A DNA stretch of 64,000 bases from Perna viridis (lineage: Eukaryota), in contig CM074523.1 in assembly GCA_037379345.1 (NCBI GenBank), positions 4,100,525-4,164,524 of the forward strand. The letters are read 5' to 3'. Positions 14,368 through 27,378 of the stretch are shown piece after piece (positions within the stretch are counted from its first letter, which is position 1; each line of letters begins with the position of its first letter). Below the pieces are notes generated by a model. The model was not told the DNA's origin. It saw only the letters and a program-made list of their open reading frames with translations, and searched no databases. The translations under genes and the position numbers were made by a program.

Positions 14368-15252
14368 TTTCCAATAAACCAAATTGAATTTTTTTCTAAC
14401 CGCAACAAAAGACTTTGGTATAATAAATCCATTTATATTACTTAAAATACTGTTTAAGCTTGACTTCTATAGAATAGAGGGTTTATGTAAACAGAAAGCA
14501 ATGTTATAGCCCTAAGTTTGCTCAGTGGCTGGGAGAAACTGAATGGATCCATGCTGAGGATATGGAAGATTTAACGATTTTACGATTCTTATGTTTTTTT
14601 CAATCGTTTTATCCCTTTTTTTGTCCAAGTCATTAGCTTCTATTAATAATCTTGGCTATTTATATCACAATAGTATCGTACTGTATTAAGAAACAGTCAG
14701 CGGTGGATCGAAGTCGGTGAAATCGAAAGGGAGTAAGTATATGTCAGATGGAATCTATTTCATTTGTAAGGTTTGAGAAAGAAAGTCTAATCATTTTATA
14801 GATATTCAATATTTCATTTCAGCAAAGATATTAAGAGTGATGGTTTTGTACTAATGTTTGGACAGTTGAAGGCTGTGAACCACAAGTTTATGGTGCAGAG
14901 AATCCCTTAATCACATTTTCCACAAAGTGAACGTAACATTTAAGTACAGCCAATATTTGACTGACTTATGACTAAAGTTGGACCTTTTATACAGAGCAGT
15001 AAGGATGGAATACACAGAGTTTAGAGATAATTTTGGTACAAAATGAGTAAGGAACAAATGCTGAATAGTCTATTTGAAGATTACAAAACACTTAACACAT
15101 AGATATAGTACACAGTGCTGGAAGTTAAACAAGAGCAGCAAGAAATAGTCATGTATTAACATACCAAGCATAAACAACAAACATGAACAGGGTACACAGG
15201 AAGTACTGGAAAGCTGTAGATACAGTATTAGTCATTAAGTGGGAGCCATACA

Positions 15253-15469
15253 CAAGGATTGAATGTCAGAATATTTTCCATTAGCTGAATTTAGCAAGTA
15301 CTGAAAATTTACACTCGGTAAATTGTAGTTTTTTGGGTAATTTCTGGACTTTACCTATATGACATATAGAATTTCAATAGCAAATTTTAGCAGGTGGAAA
15401 TAATTTCTACTAGCAAAATTGAATTTCAACTTGCATTTAGCAAGTATTTCTCCTTAAATTCGATCACTG
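15253..15469. mobile_element. Degenerate MITE with 6-bp TSD CATACA
   Basis: cataca|caaggattgaat ... aattcgatcactg|cataca. Confidence 0.6.
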
Positions 15470-16038
15470 CATACACTATATAACTTTATGTCTACTAGAA
15501 GCTGAGAAGTGTGAAAATACAGACAGTCTGACTGCAGTATTGCCCCTATTCTATGAGTTCAAGGAGGTAATAAAGAACAGAACTAAAAGTTGCACATGTT
15601 TAAACAATAATGGAATATTTCATTGGAGCTAGCATTCTTCAATGATTTTTCCAGTGTTCTCCTTGATATTTACAGATAGTATTCAATTTCAATAAAGCAT
15701 CACATTTGTAATGGACCCTAAGGGAAGTTCTTTTTGGAAAGCATCCTGGTAAAAATACAGCATTAGGGCAATATGGTGCTAAATTGCTCTTGGGAAGATC
15801 ACTGATTGTCCTTCAATAGTCTGCAATTAAAATTGAATACTAAGTGCAGACAAATTAAAATGTAAAGTTCTAATCTGCACACTTAGATTAGCCAAAGAAA
15901 CTTCAATTGCCTCCATATTATTGATTTTTTAGTGGTATGTTTCACATTTGTATACATTAACCAAAGAGGAAAGTTTTTCAGTTGTAGAATGTGTTGGAAA
16001 TGTTAACAATACAAATATTTCATTGTATCTTAATTTAA

Positions 16039-16433
16039 GAGGCCATCCATGTAAAAATCAGGCAGATCTTATGATATGGGTTGCATAGGGTAGATTTTAT
16101 ATCACTGAATGTTTTGTTCCAATGTAATGTATATATAATATGTATGTCAAATAGCATAAAGTTTGTTTTAAATCAACTATGGGTGGCTCAGAAACGATTT
16201 TTAAGTTCCCTAACAAAGCAACCTAATTTTGCTCAAATTAAAGAGTTATCTCCCTTTTTCCAATAAATTTCAATCCTTTCTATGTAATGTATCTCTCTTA
16301 AATCATTGCAGTTAATCAAAAGCCAACACCCAAGTTTGAAAAGGGTGCATTTGTGGTATGAAATTAGTGAATTTTCTTTAAAACAAAATTTGTCATGTGC
16401 AGCCCACTGCCTGGTTTTTGCTTGGACACCCTC
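16039..16433. mobile_element. TTAA-flanked MITE (Kolobok/piggyBac-type target site)
   Basis: ttaa|gaggccatccatgtaaaaatcaggcag ... ctgcctggtttttgcttggacaccctc|ttag, an imperfect ~27-bp TIR. Confidence 0.65.
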
Positions 16434-16479
16434 TTAGCACTTCCAAAGTTTTAATATCAAATTGATTGGTTAGCATGTA

Positions 16480-16862
16480 AGTGTAAGTGTAAGAATCAGG
16501 CAATATGTGAAAAATCAGAAACATGCATGTCAAAAACCCACCAATCTGACATTGTAATATCACCTGAAGATTCTTTCTCTATCTAAAAAAAGACCATTAT
16601 TTGATCTCTGCATCACTGGCTTTGCACAAAAAATTTTCAATAGAATCTTAGAAAAATGATGTTTTTGACAGAGTTATCTGCCCTTGAAATGTTCATTTAG
16701 TGCATTTCAATGAAATTGTAACTCAATAGTCCATCATGATATGGAAAATCTTGTTTGTTTTTCTTGATTCTGAAGGTGCAAATAGTCAAATTACAATATC
16801 AAAATGATGGTTTTTTTCATACCAAGTTTCACCCACTGCCTGATGCTAACAGGGACTAACAC
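16480..16862. mobile_element. Second related TTAA-type MITE adjacent to the first
   Basis: Left aagaatcaggca, right ctgcctgatgctaacagggactaacac|ttaa. The internal part is similar to 61700-61890. Confidence 0.55.
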
Positions 16863-17534
16863 TTAACCTCTAAGTAGCAAAATTGCAGCTACATAATCAA
16901 GGGGTTGAACATGAAATGGATGATAAAATGAAAATAAATTGATGATGGAATGAAAAATGGAAAGGGACGAAAGGATATTAGGGTCAACAAGAATTTCAAA
17001 TTGATGCTTAAGGACTGCTGTCAAGCATGCATACATACATTTGGTATATTAAATAATTTAAGGGTCAGCTTCACACTGAAGTTTAAGCACAGTACATTTA
17101 ATTTAAGTCTGGTCCAGTATATCATAATTTTGCAACTTAAACACAGTTTGGCAACAAAAATCTAAACTGAATCTGCTTCTAATAATCAATGATTATATGT
17201 AAATCAGAAGATATTTAGCATTATATAATTTTATGGGGCACTTGTACTTGCAGATTTAAGTTTCCATGGGGCCTATTGACCCCCTTCATTACATGTTATT
17301 GCTATGTTAATCTACAAATTGCATAACAGAAAATGTATGATGAAAAATCTGCTGCAGGATTACAAAAAGAAACATGTAATAAAACTCATTAAGCTATAGA
17401 ACTGGGAAACAAGTTTCTAGAAATTATCTAATGAAATAAGAACTTTGCTAAGAAAAAAATAATCCTCTATTCTTTGATAGTTAAAATAAAGTAATGCCAT
17501 TATGTAATCTTTGATAAAATATAATTTTACTTAC

Positions 17535-17543
17535 CACAGACAT
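17535..17543 (-). CDS. Candidate alternative first coding exon end: MSV, phase 0
   Basis: agaatATGTCTGTG|gtaagt. An in-frame TGA lies 13 codons upstream of the ATG. Confidence 0.35.
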
Positions 17544-20500
17544 ATTCTTTGCAAACACTGCCCTAATATAATCCTTAATTCACAAAACTGGCAAAATACT
17601 GCAATACAAATGATTTTCCATGACAAAAAAAAACAAAATCACAAATATCTAGGTCTCTTTCTATCATTCTACATTTTTCACCAAATCCATGACAACAAAA
17701 AGCATTTTTTACATCATTCTTTCTTTTCGTCAAGAGGAAATGATGAATAAGGCTGTCACTGTCAGGAATCTTTCTTTTCACTGTGCATCATTCTGATCAT
17801 CACACATGGTGACAAGAATGTCAGTCTATAGTCTGTTTCAGAATGGCTGAGTGCATCTGCCCAGATGTTATGATTAGGCTATTATCTAGGATGTGTATTG
17901 GGTTGGATGATATGATTAGGGATGTGTATTAGATGGCATATGATAAAACATAAACAGTTTCCTGAAGTACCATGTATTAATGTTTCAGGAATTATTCCAG
18001 CAATGGTATTTAGTAGATATATATATTTAGGTTGGTGTCAACTGAATATTGGTGCAGTGTCTAAGTCTTCCATTGACATAATTTTAGGAGTTGACATCTT
18101 GGGACACAAGTCCATCCCATATTTTACACTACATTGTCTTATTAATAACTATTACCATGGTTGTGTGCCCAAGTAGCATTGTTTTGATACAGCTAATGAG
18201 GAAAAGTATGCATTTACCCAAGGATCTGTATATATACATGATTCTACTTTCAGAATATTTACATGTACTGTAATGGTAAAAAAAAAAGTACATATTTAAT
18301 GCTTTATATTTTTTTAAATACAAGCAGAAACGTTGTGTTAGGTATGACAGTCATCAGAAAAAAATACCTATAGAATCATTTTCTCACTCAATATTTATAT
18401 CATTCTAATGTCCTATGTCATAGCTCCAAAGAAAGACACATTAATGTTCAAAAAGAGGAACAAAATATAGACTAGATCAGTATTTTAACAAACAGATTTA
18501 ATTTTTTCTCTCAAATGTGAATTCTCTAATGATTGGCTGTAAAATGCTGCTAATTAAGATGTAAATGTATTAAGTGTTAAGTCATTTTCGGAGACCCACG
18601 ACTGACTTTAGTTTGTACCTCAGAGGAGTGAGGTATGGAGGATAGTCAGCCCAGGGTTTCTGATAACACCGTGTTGACACAAATCTAATATTTGTATGTA
18701 ATTATAGAGAGCCATTAAAAATAGTTTATCTTTACAGCTGTTTTTACCAACCAATACTGTTTCACTACATTCTTGACCTAAAATACAATCCAGCTGACCA
18801 GATCCCAGGGCATCTAGCTTAAATGATTCAGATGTGTCTAATTGAAACAGTAAACATGAAAAAGATTCCAAAAATACCTCTAAAAAACCTAAATATTTTG
18901 ATGCTTCCAGGTGGTGTAGGTTCTGGTAACCACAATCTGTATTCAGATAGTAATTAAACTTAGGTATGGCTGCTCTAATGGACATTGACCAAGTTGCTAA
19001 TGATCCTTGGAATATTTCTCTACACACCACTGGGTACTGATATCTGTGGCAGAGATTTTTTGGGTCAGATGCCAATGTTCTGCATACTTTTCTGGACATA
19101 TTGATTCTTTCAGTAAGGCCTGGTTTTAATTATTTCCACATTCCAGATGGTAAAATTAAGATTTTCAAAATGTGACCTTTAGCAAGGACGTTAAAATCTT
19201 TATTTTGAACATAGAGAGTGGAGAAATAGTTTAAATCTAAAACATAGTATGCAAGAGAATTGATTTCTCCTATGAAATCTTTTGAAAACTTAGAAGAAGG
19301 ACATCTCTCACAGAAATTAAATCCTGTTCCAAATGGATAAAAATTCTTAAGTTAAGATTATCTCCCCTTTCAAAAAGTTCTGATGATCTTCCCTTTCATA
19401 CTTCATGTGATATACTAAATATCCAGCAGGAATGGTAATCAAAAAAAAAAAAAAAATGCAATGACTTATTGTAAAGTGTTGATTATTTAAGTTACTGTAA
19501 ATAAATGCAGTCCTTATTCTTAAACCTGATATAATAGAGTACAGACATCTTGACCCAAAACATCAGCTGATGCTGGTAAACAATATCCAAAGTCACTGTA
19601 AACAACATGATTATACAATGGTTAAGATTATTAGTCTAATCAGTGGAATTAACCATGTCTCCATGAAAGAAGGGGGATAATTAATATGTTCTGTTTGGTA
19701 ATTATGAACAAGTGCCTGACCACAATAATTTATAATCTAAAAGATACTTTCAAGTATGCATAAATTTCATTATATACAAAGTATAAATATAATCTATGAA
19801 AATTGAACTCTCAGTGTCAGGTATGTTGATATTAAGAGTATTCAAAACAAAAATGGTCAACAATGGTTTTAACTTGATTGTAAACAATTGTATTAATTGG
19901 CAACCAACGGTAGAGGAACAATTTACCAGTTATTAACAAACAACATGAACTTGCAAGCAATGTTATGCCAGGTACATCCCAACTCACACAGGAAGTTTAT
20001 ATCAGACAGCACCCAAAATGGTTTACAATATATGTCCAGGCCATCTATATAAAACCAAAATTAAATATGAAATCAACCCGTCCATTGGGAAATGTAATTC
20101 TATTTACAACAATTTAGTCTATTATTCCACATAGTCAAAAATAGCGAAGTCCAACAAAAGTTGATTTCTTACAGCACCCAAAATCACTTGTGACATTGTG
20201 CCCAATCTATATAAAGCTACACACCAGATTAGAAATCAATCCATTTGATGGGAGTCAAGATAAGCCGGATGGAAAAGGTAATTCCAATATATCATTCATC
20301 TGCCACAATCAGACATCAAATGAATATATTTCTTTTGAAATACCCCAAATTACATTTCTGTTAAGAATGTGAAAATAATGTTAATAATGATAGGGAAATA
20401 GACAAATGGACCAAAAAACTAACTGGCCTTTGTTATAATGGGCAAAACAGGTCTTTTAAAGCAAAGCAGAGACAATTAATCATCAAAGCACATTTCACTG

Positions 20501-21182
20501 AAACAATGTAACATACAAATTTCTGATATTGAGTTCATCAAATTATTCCAGTTTTTATACAGATGCAAGCTGTTATGTAATAAAGGATTAATGTATCACA
20601 AAAATCTACCAGCATCTGCTACATCACCTGAATCGTAGAGAATATAAACATACAAGATTTATGTAATTCTCAGGGAACATTTTGCACATTTTATGTTGTT
20701 TTTGTAATCCAGTCTTGTTTTTTCTATAACCTTTTAACCTTCAACCCATAATACAATGTCAATAAAATGCATGCAATAATCAATGCCTGCAATTTTTAGA
20801 AAATATAACTGCATGTATTCATGTAACTGTACAACATATCTGATTTCCAAACTCTCAATTTTTTTTTATTTCCCCCAATACTTGACAGGTCTTTTAAATG
20901 ACAATCGTTTGATCACTTAAATGTCCTCTTAATTTCCTGCCAATCTTTATCCATTTTAAGAATGTCTCTTAACTTATTGTGGTTGAGGAAACTACAATAT
21001 GAAAGCCACACATACTATGCTAATCACCAATTGACATATCATAAAATACAATCAAGCAACATATTGTTGTATGTGCAATGTAAAGCTGAGTATAATTAAA
21101 AAAATTAATACTGCAAAATTATACATGGCTGGTAATATTTTTCAGAGCATTATGACCCTTGCTAAAATAAAACAACCAAAAC

Positions 21183-21863
21183 ATGAAGTTGCATGTGTTG
21201 CCATGCTTTGCATTTACACTCCCAATCTTGGAGTTGCATGTGTTGCCATGCTATGCATTTACACCCCCAATCTTGGAGTTGCATGTGTTGCCATGCAATG
21301 CATTTACACCCCAAATCTTGGAGTTGCATGTGATGCCATGCTATGCATTTACACCCCCAATCTTGGAGTTGCATGTGTTGCCATGCTATGCATTTACACC
21401 CCCAATCTTGGAGTTGCATGAATTGCCATGCTATGCATTTACACCCCCAATCTTGGAGTTGCATGAATTGCCATGCTATGCATTTACACCCCCAATCTTG
21501 GAGTTGCATGTGTTGCCATGCTATGCATTTACACCCCCAATCATGAAGTTGCATGTGATGCCATGCTATGCATTTACACCCCCAATCTTGGAGTTGCATG
21601 TGTTGCCATGCTATGCATTTACACCCCCAATCTTGGAGTTGCATGTGTTGCCATGCTATGCACTTACACCCCCAATCTTGGAGTTGCATGTGTTGCCATG
21701 CTATGCATTTACACCCCCAATCTTGGAGTTGCATGTGTTGCCATGCTATGCATTTACACCCCCAATCTTGGAGTTGCATGTGTTGCCATGCTATGCATTT
21801 ACACCCCCAATCATGAAGTTGCATGTGTTGCCATGCTATGCATTTACACCCCCAATCCTGGAG
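21183..21863. repeat. 45-bp minisatellite, ~15 near-identical copies
   Basis: ttggagttgcatgtgttgccatgctatgcatttacacccccaatc. Confidence 0.98.
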
Positions 21864-21930
21864 ATTACTGCGATGAAATTCAAACGGACAGACAAGGTGA
21901 TTTAAATATACCACCCATTCATTGAGTTAA

Positions 21931-22126
21931 GAGTAATCAAGGGAACCAAGGTTCTAGCGGAAATCAAAAGAAGGCAATCCAGGGACAAAGACCAAACATG
22001 GAAAGCAGACATACACAACAAAGAAGATTAAGTAACTAAAATAACACATACAAAGTAACAAAAGTAAATGAGCAACTCGGACTCCGCTTAAAACTTGGAG
22101 CATGGACGAGGTGCACCGGTAGGGTA
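21931..22126 (-). mobile_element. ~200-bp interspersed repeat, same family as 35439-35665
   Basis: The reverse complement aligns by eye with 35470-35665 (taccctaccggtgcacct ... aaccttggttcccttgattact). Confidence 0.85.
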
Positions 22127-25100
22127 TAATATACATGCAAATCTTCCCCTAGTTTCTCTTTAAGAACATGTTACTATGTGCTCTTGCTATTCTTATTCAT
22201 GTAGTTACTACCTGAAACACATAAACATACAAATATAATAATCTACTTTATTCTGCTGAGTGTCAAATTGTTCCCAGTCATAGACCAACAATTCTGACTC
22301 CCCCTGGAAACTGTCCAATGAATCTGAACCCAATGTAAAGCAATGGCATTCAAAAGCATGTTCCTAATCAACCAATTCTATGACATTGTGGTATTATGAA
22401 AGATCATTCATTCCTTCATGTGCATCAACATACACTGTTTTGTCATTTAAAGCTTCAAGAAAAAAGTCATTGTTTTCTGAGGCATGTTGTCATTATAGAA
22501 CAGACTATAGACCTAATATTGGGGCAACATCTGACATTCAGAGCACAAATAGGGCTCACATCTTTAGGATGTCCATTCATTGTTATCTTATAGATTTCTC
22601 AATAAAAGTCTTGGCAGCATCTCAATGGTCACCAATTTTCTTCTGAGAATGCTCCTTCACATTACAATAATACAAAGGACAGAGAAAAACCTGAATCAAA
22701 TTCAGCTCATTTCTGACCTAAGAAAGAGATTTCTGTTGTTTGAAATTAAGAATTGATAGGAATGTTATATCATAAAGTGCATGTTTCCAATCAGAAACAG
22801 ACTATAAGCTTGTCATTGTGAAATTATGTAACAAATTATCAGTTCCTAAGGTATGTACATCAAAGTCACAGGTTTTGCCATTCATATCTTCTAACACACC
22901 CAACTCAATGTCATGTTAGATATGTTGAATGGTCATTCAGAAAAAATAGGAAAAAAGCAAAAAAAAAAAAAGCTGATAAAATAACATTACATGTATTATG
23001 AAGAGATAGTTTTTTAGTTGTCTGGTTCTAGATCAGAAACAGACTATAATTATGTCATTGTTGAGTTAAAAAATATCCATCACATTCAATCAGAAAATAT
23101 ATAAATGTTATTTCTGTCATTGAGAGCTTAAACCTAGTCATTGTCTTCAAATGCATGATGATAATAATTAACAGACTATATTCAACTAAACTGTAGAAAA
23201 ACTGAGCAAGTCTAACTATATATAGGTAGTATCCCTTCTCAGAAACCATACAGGAAACATCATAAGTCAGATGAGAAAACATAATAGAAGATGCACAACA
23301 GCATCATGTGGCACAGAACGTACGAAAGTTTTATTAAATTCCATTCTGGTGTTTCAGAGGAGTTGCAGATTAGAACTGGGTATGGATGGTCAGACAAACA
23401 GACGAAAGGACAGTTGGACAGCATGATTGTTATATACCTCCTGTTTTGTTGAGAATATAATAACTTGCAAGCTGTTTGTATTTTCCCGATGTCTTTATTT
23501 ATTACAATATGAATATACGCTTTATAAGTTACATAAGAACATTATATCAGGTAAAACTTCCCATCTTCATCACATTAATGAAACTACGTGGTCTGACCTT
23601 GGACTGAAATCTTTTAATAGTAAAGGAAAATGTGCTTCATCAGGGAAATAAGCAATAATACTTATCTGAAGTATATGTTTGTGTACAGCAGCAGTACATG
23701 TTTTGATTATTGCATGTTTCTATTTTGAATCAGACTATAAAAAGGGTCATTAGAGAAATTATATAATACTCATCATTTTAATTAAAGTTGTATATAAAAT
23801 TTTTAAGTTTTTTCATTAAAATGTTTGCACCCCATTACATTATCCTCTGCATTGTAATAGTACAGAGAAGAATTACCATGCAATATAAAATAATTTCATA
23901 TGCATTTCATTAGATGATAATGAACTTGTAAAAAGGACAAAGCATTTCCTAAAAATGCAAACTTACTTTTACCTCTAAAGCAATAGGGTTCAAAATCAAG
24001 TTTCATCAAAATTAGTTGAAGGAATTTTTTTCTAGATTACAATTGTGTTGAAAATAAGTAAAAAATCAATAATGGATTAATTGCAATAATTAAAGCCACC
24101 TATCTTCGCTCATTAATTATTTCTGATTACCACATAGCTTGGATTCCTGAACACTTCGACTTGGTGGATAAAAGTTATGAGTACTCTTTTGCAGTTAAAA
24201 AACCTGATAGTGTAGACTAGAAGGATAAATTAAGCAGTTTACTTCTGAAAATTCTGACATTAATTAAACCATAGCCGATGATTCTATAAAATTTGAAGTC
24301 TATCTTAATCCTGAAGTATGTTACCTTTTTGAAACAGACTGTAAATATGATAAACCTATTCACAGATCACAAGGAGACAAGATTCAATATAAAACAGTTT
24401 AAACTCATCTTAACATCCAACAGAAAGATAACTGAAGCTACCACATTAATTAAAAGTGAATTTTCATGCTAGGGAAAAATGCAAGCTCATGCTCGCTAGT
24501 TACGTAATGGTTGAACTTCTGGTTGATCTCAGGAGATCCAAATGGGAGTATTCCTTTGAAGCAGATAGGGTGCCTATTTACTAATTTATTTAATTAGTTC
24601 TAAATGAAGTTAAAGGGAGACAATCATGCTGATGACTAAGTTATCATAATGCAATAAAATTAACAAAAATGTCTGTTTTTATTCTGTTTTATGTGCATCC
24701 TTTGCTAAATCTTTCATCATTTTCCTATAACTAATTTGCACTGGATCTGCAGACTCAAATATGCAGGTGCCATGGGAAAAGTTTCTTGCAATATCATACA
24801 TATCGGTACTAAATCTTATAAAGGGGGTTCAGAGGAGTGGGGTCTCTAGGTCACAGGTTTTGTCAGAAAAACTGGCCATATAAATGCTTGATTCTTTGTA
24901 ATATGGTAGTAGTGGTTAAATCCTGAGCAGTATGAATAAGTATAGATATTTAAGCTACACATAATGAATTTGATACATATACTCTTAAAATCCAAAATTA
25001 AAAATCTAAATGATTGAATATTAAGAATCAAAAGTGAAATTTCTCCAGAAATAAACAAGTTTCATAAAATGCATTTTAGGTTCCTACTTTCAAGTCAGTT

Positions 25101-27143
25101 GGGCCATTATGCCTAAAATTTCATTAAACTCCATCAAGTTAATCTTAAGTCATTGCAGAAAAATTAAGTGATGAATCTGGCCTAAAGATTCCAATTAATA
25201 CAAATGTATGGCCATAAACGTTTTGCTGTAGTATAAGAAATGTTGGTCTAAAAACTGTCCCTTGGCCTGTCAATTCTTCATAAAATTATTTACATCATTG
25301 ATGTTCCATTTCTGTAAATATCACAAGAATAACTATAGTTTTCTAAATTTACAGCAATTTACATTCAATAAACTAAATACATTCCACAGCAATCAATTTC
25401 ATTTCAAACATGTTTCAGATTTTGGCACAATCTGTGTTAGTATTCAAATCTGACTCTGTTTAATTGGAGTTTTATTGCTCCATAAGCAGGAAATGCAACA
25501 AATTTATACCTAGTTAACATGCATTTGATAGCTCTTATAACTTAGCAGGTGCCCCTTAATAAAAACAAAGATGCATGCAAGCATCCCTGTCAAAGTTTAT
25601 CATAACCTCAAAAAATAATTTCTCATCAAAGACTAAAAATATGATTAAGTATTCTATAATTAACTATTTAACCCTTTGACCTGTTTCCTGTGGATGAAGG
25701 GTTTTTTGATGTCCACATTTCATCCAAAGGGTTTAAAAGGTTTAGTAAAATATGGGATGGCCAAGAAAAATGGAGCCTTGTTGGAATTGAGTACTATTTC
25801 TTAGAATCAAGAACAATTATTGATTAATTTAACAGCAACCTTAGGACAGAAGTGAAACAGAAAAGTTACTAAAGTTTACAGAAAAGTTTCAGTAAAATTT
25901 GGGAAGGCCAAAATGAAATGGAACATGTTGGTATTTGAAACAGAATTCTTTTAATAAAAAACCACTACTACCGGTAATTAAGTTAATAGCAACATTAAAC
26001 ACATGAATTAAGTAAATTTTCATAGATACCAATAAATTAACATGAAATACAAAATAAAAATATGTAACTTCTGTCCGGAAATGCAAGGGTATAAATCATA
26101 TCCTGTTCAGGAGTACAGAAAGAATTGTTAATGAATATACACAGATATTTATCATTTTTGACAGGGTCATAAAATGTATGATGACAATAGGAATACTCAA
26201 AATCTATGATCCACTTCCAAAATAAACACCTTATTTTACAAGCTACCCAGTACAGAATGTATCTCCCAGGGAGAGAAGCATCATTTATCTATGCATGACC
26301 CTGTTTGTTACCTTGTCAAACAATGATGAGAATTTGATGAGGAAACCATACACAGAAATTCTCTATGGGCAGATGCTTCCATAGAATCTAAGCTAATCAG
26401 TGATAAAAAAAATAAAACAGGCATAAGAGTCTTGAAGTGCAGGTACATGTGTTAGTGAAAGATGCTCTACCCTGGTGAAAGCAATGCTTCTATGGAATGG
26501 AATTTGAACAGATGAAAATAAAGAATTTGGCAAAACTTATTCTTCAAGTTTACTTTTATGTCATGTGTTTTTCTACTTAACCTATTATTCTGTAGAGTTA
26601 AACTTAGATAAATCATATACTTTAGGATTCATGTATCTAAAACACAAATTTGTGAAGATTATTCGGTTTTGAAATTTCTCTTTCTTAAAACTTTATTTTT
26701 ATACACATGTAATACCCTTTGTTTTCTATAGTGGTTCCACAACCAGTACCTGATGATGTTTGCATCTATCCCTGATCAAACATAATTTTAAATATAGACC
26801 CACTAAAAACCAGCTCATATGGGCCTCTTTGTGTGTATGTGTTTTTTCACAGTTACAGTGTTTGCCAAATGATTGGCATTTTATAGAAGAAAAGGAAGAT
26901 GGATATCGTTTAATTTGCAATTATGAGCCAACATGAGATAGTAGTAGTAAAAATACATGGTATGATTCATGAATTATACATTTTTTTAGTCAGGTACAGA
27001 TTAATTATAGCAGATACCCCTTTCCTAAAAATCAGCTTGGAATATTGATTTCTCCATATTAATTATACCTCCTTAAAATTTTTATTATTTATATCCTTTT
27101 CATACCCCATAAAACCTTAATTCTAAAGCTGTCCCTAAGACTA

Positions 27144-27378
27144 CACAGGCAAATATTTTTCATGTGAAATTCATATTAATCGAGATTCACATGAAATTAA
27201 CATGATTTTCATGTGAAATTCAGGGACACGAATTTCATGTGAACATTTCGTGTGAATTTCATGTGAAGGCTCCATTCACCCGAATTTCATGTGAACTCTG
27301 TCACTTAGTTTATTTGCTCAATTAGGTGAAAGTCAAGTGAAATTTGTGTGAAAATCATGTGAAATAATTTTGCCTGTG
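27144..27378. mobile_element. TA-flanked MITE with internal TTCATGTGAA repeats
   Basis: ta|CACAGGCAAA ... TTTGCCTGTG|ta. Seven TCATGTGA/TCACATGA motifs inside. Confidence 0.85.

Noticed and set aside
21071-21925. Long Cys/His/Trp-rich ORFs (up to 250 aa) on both strands
   Set aside because: Read-through of a 45-bp array. Several frames are open at once, with no splice or codon evidence.
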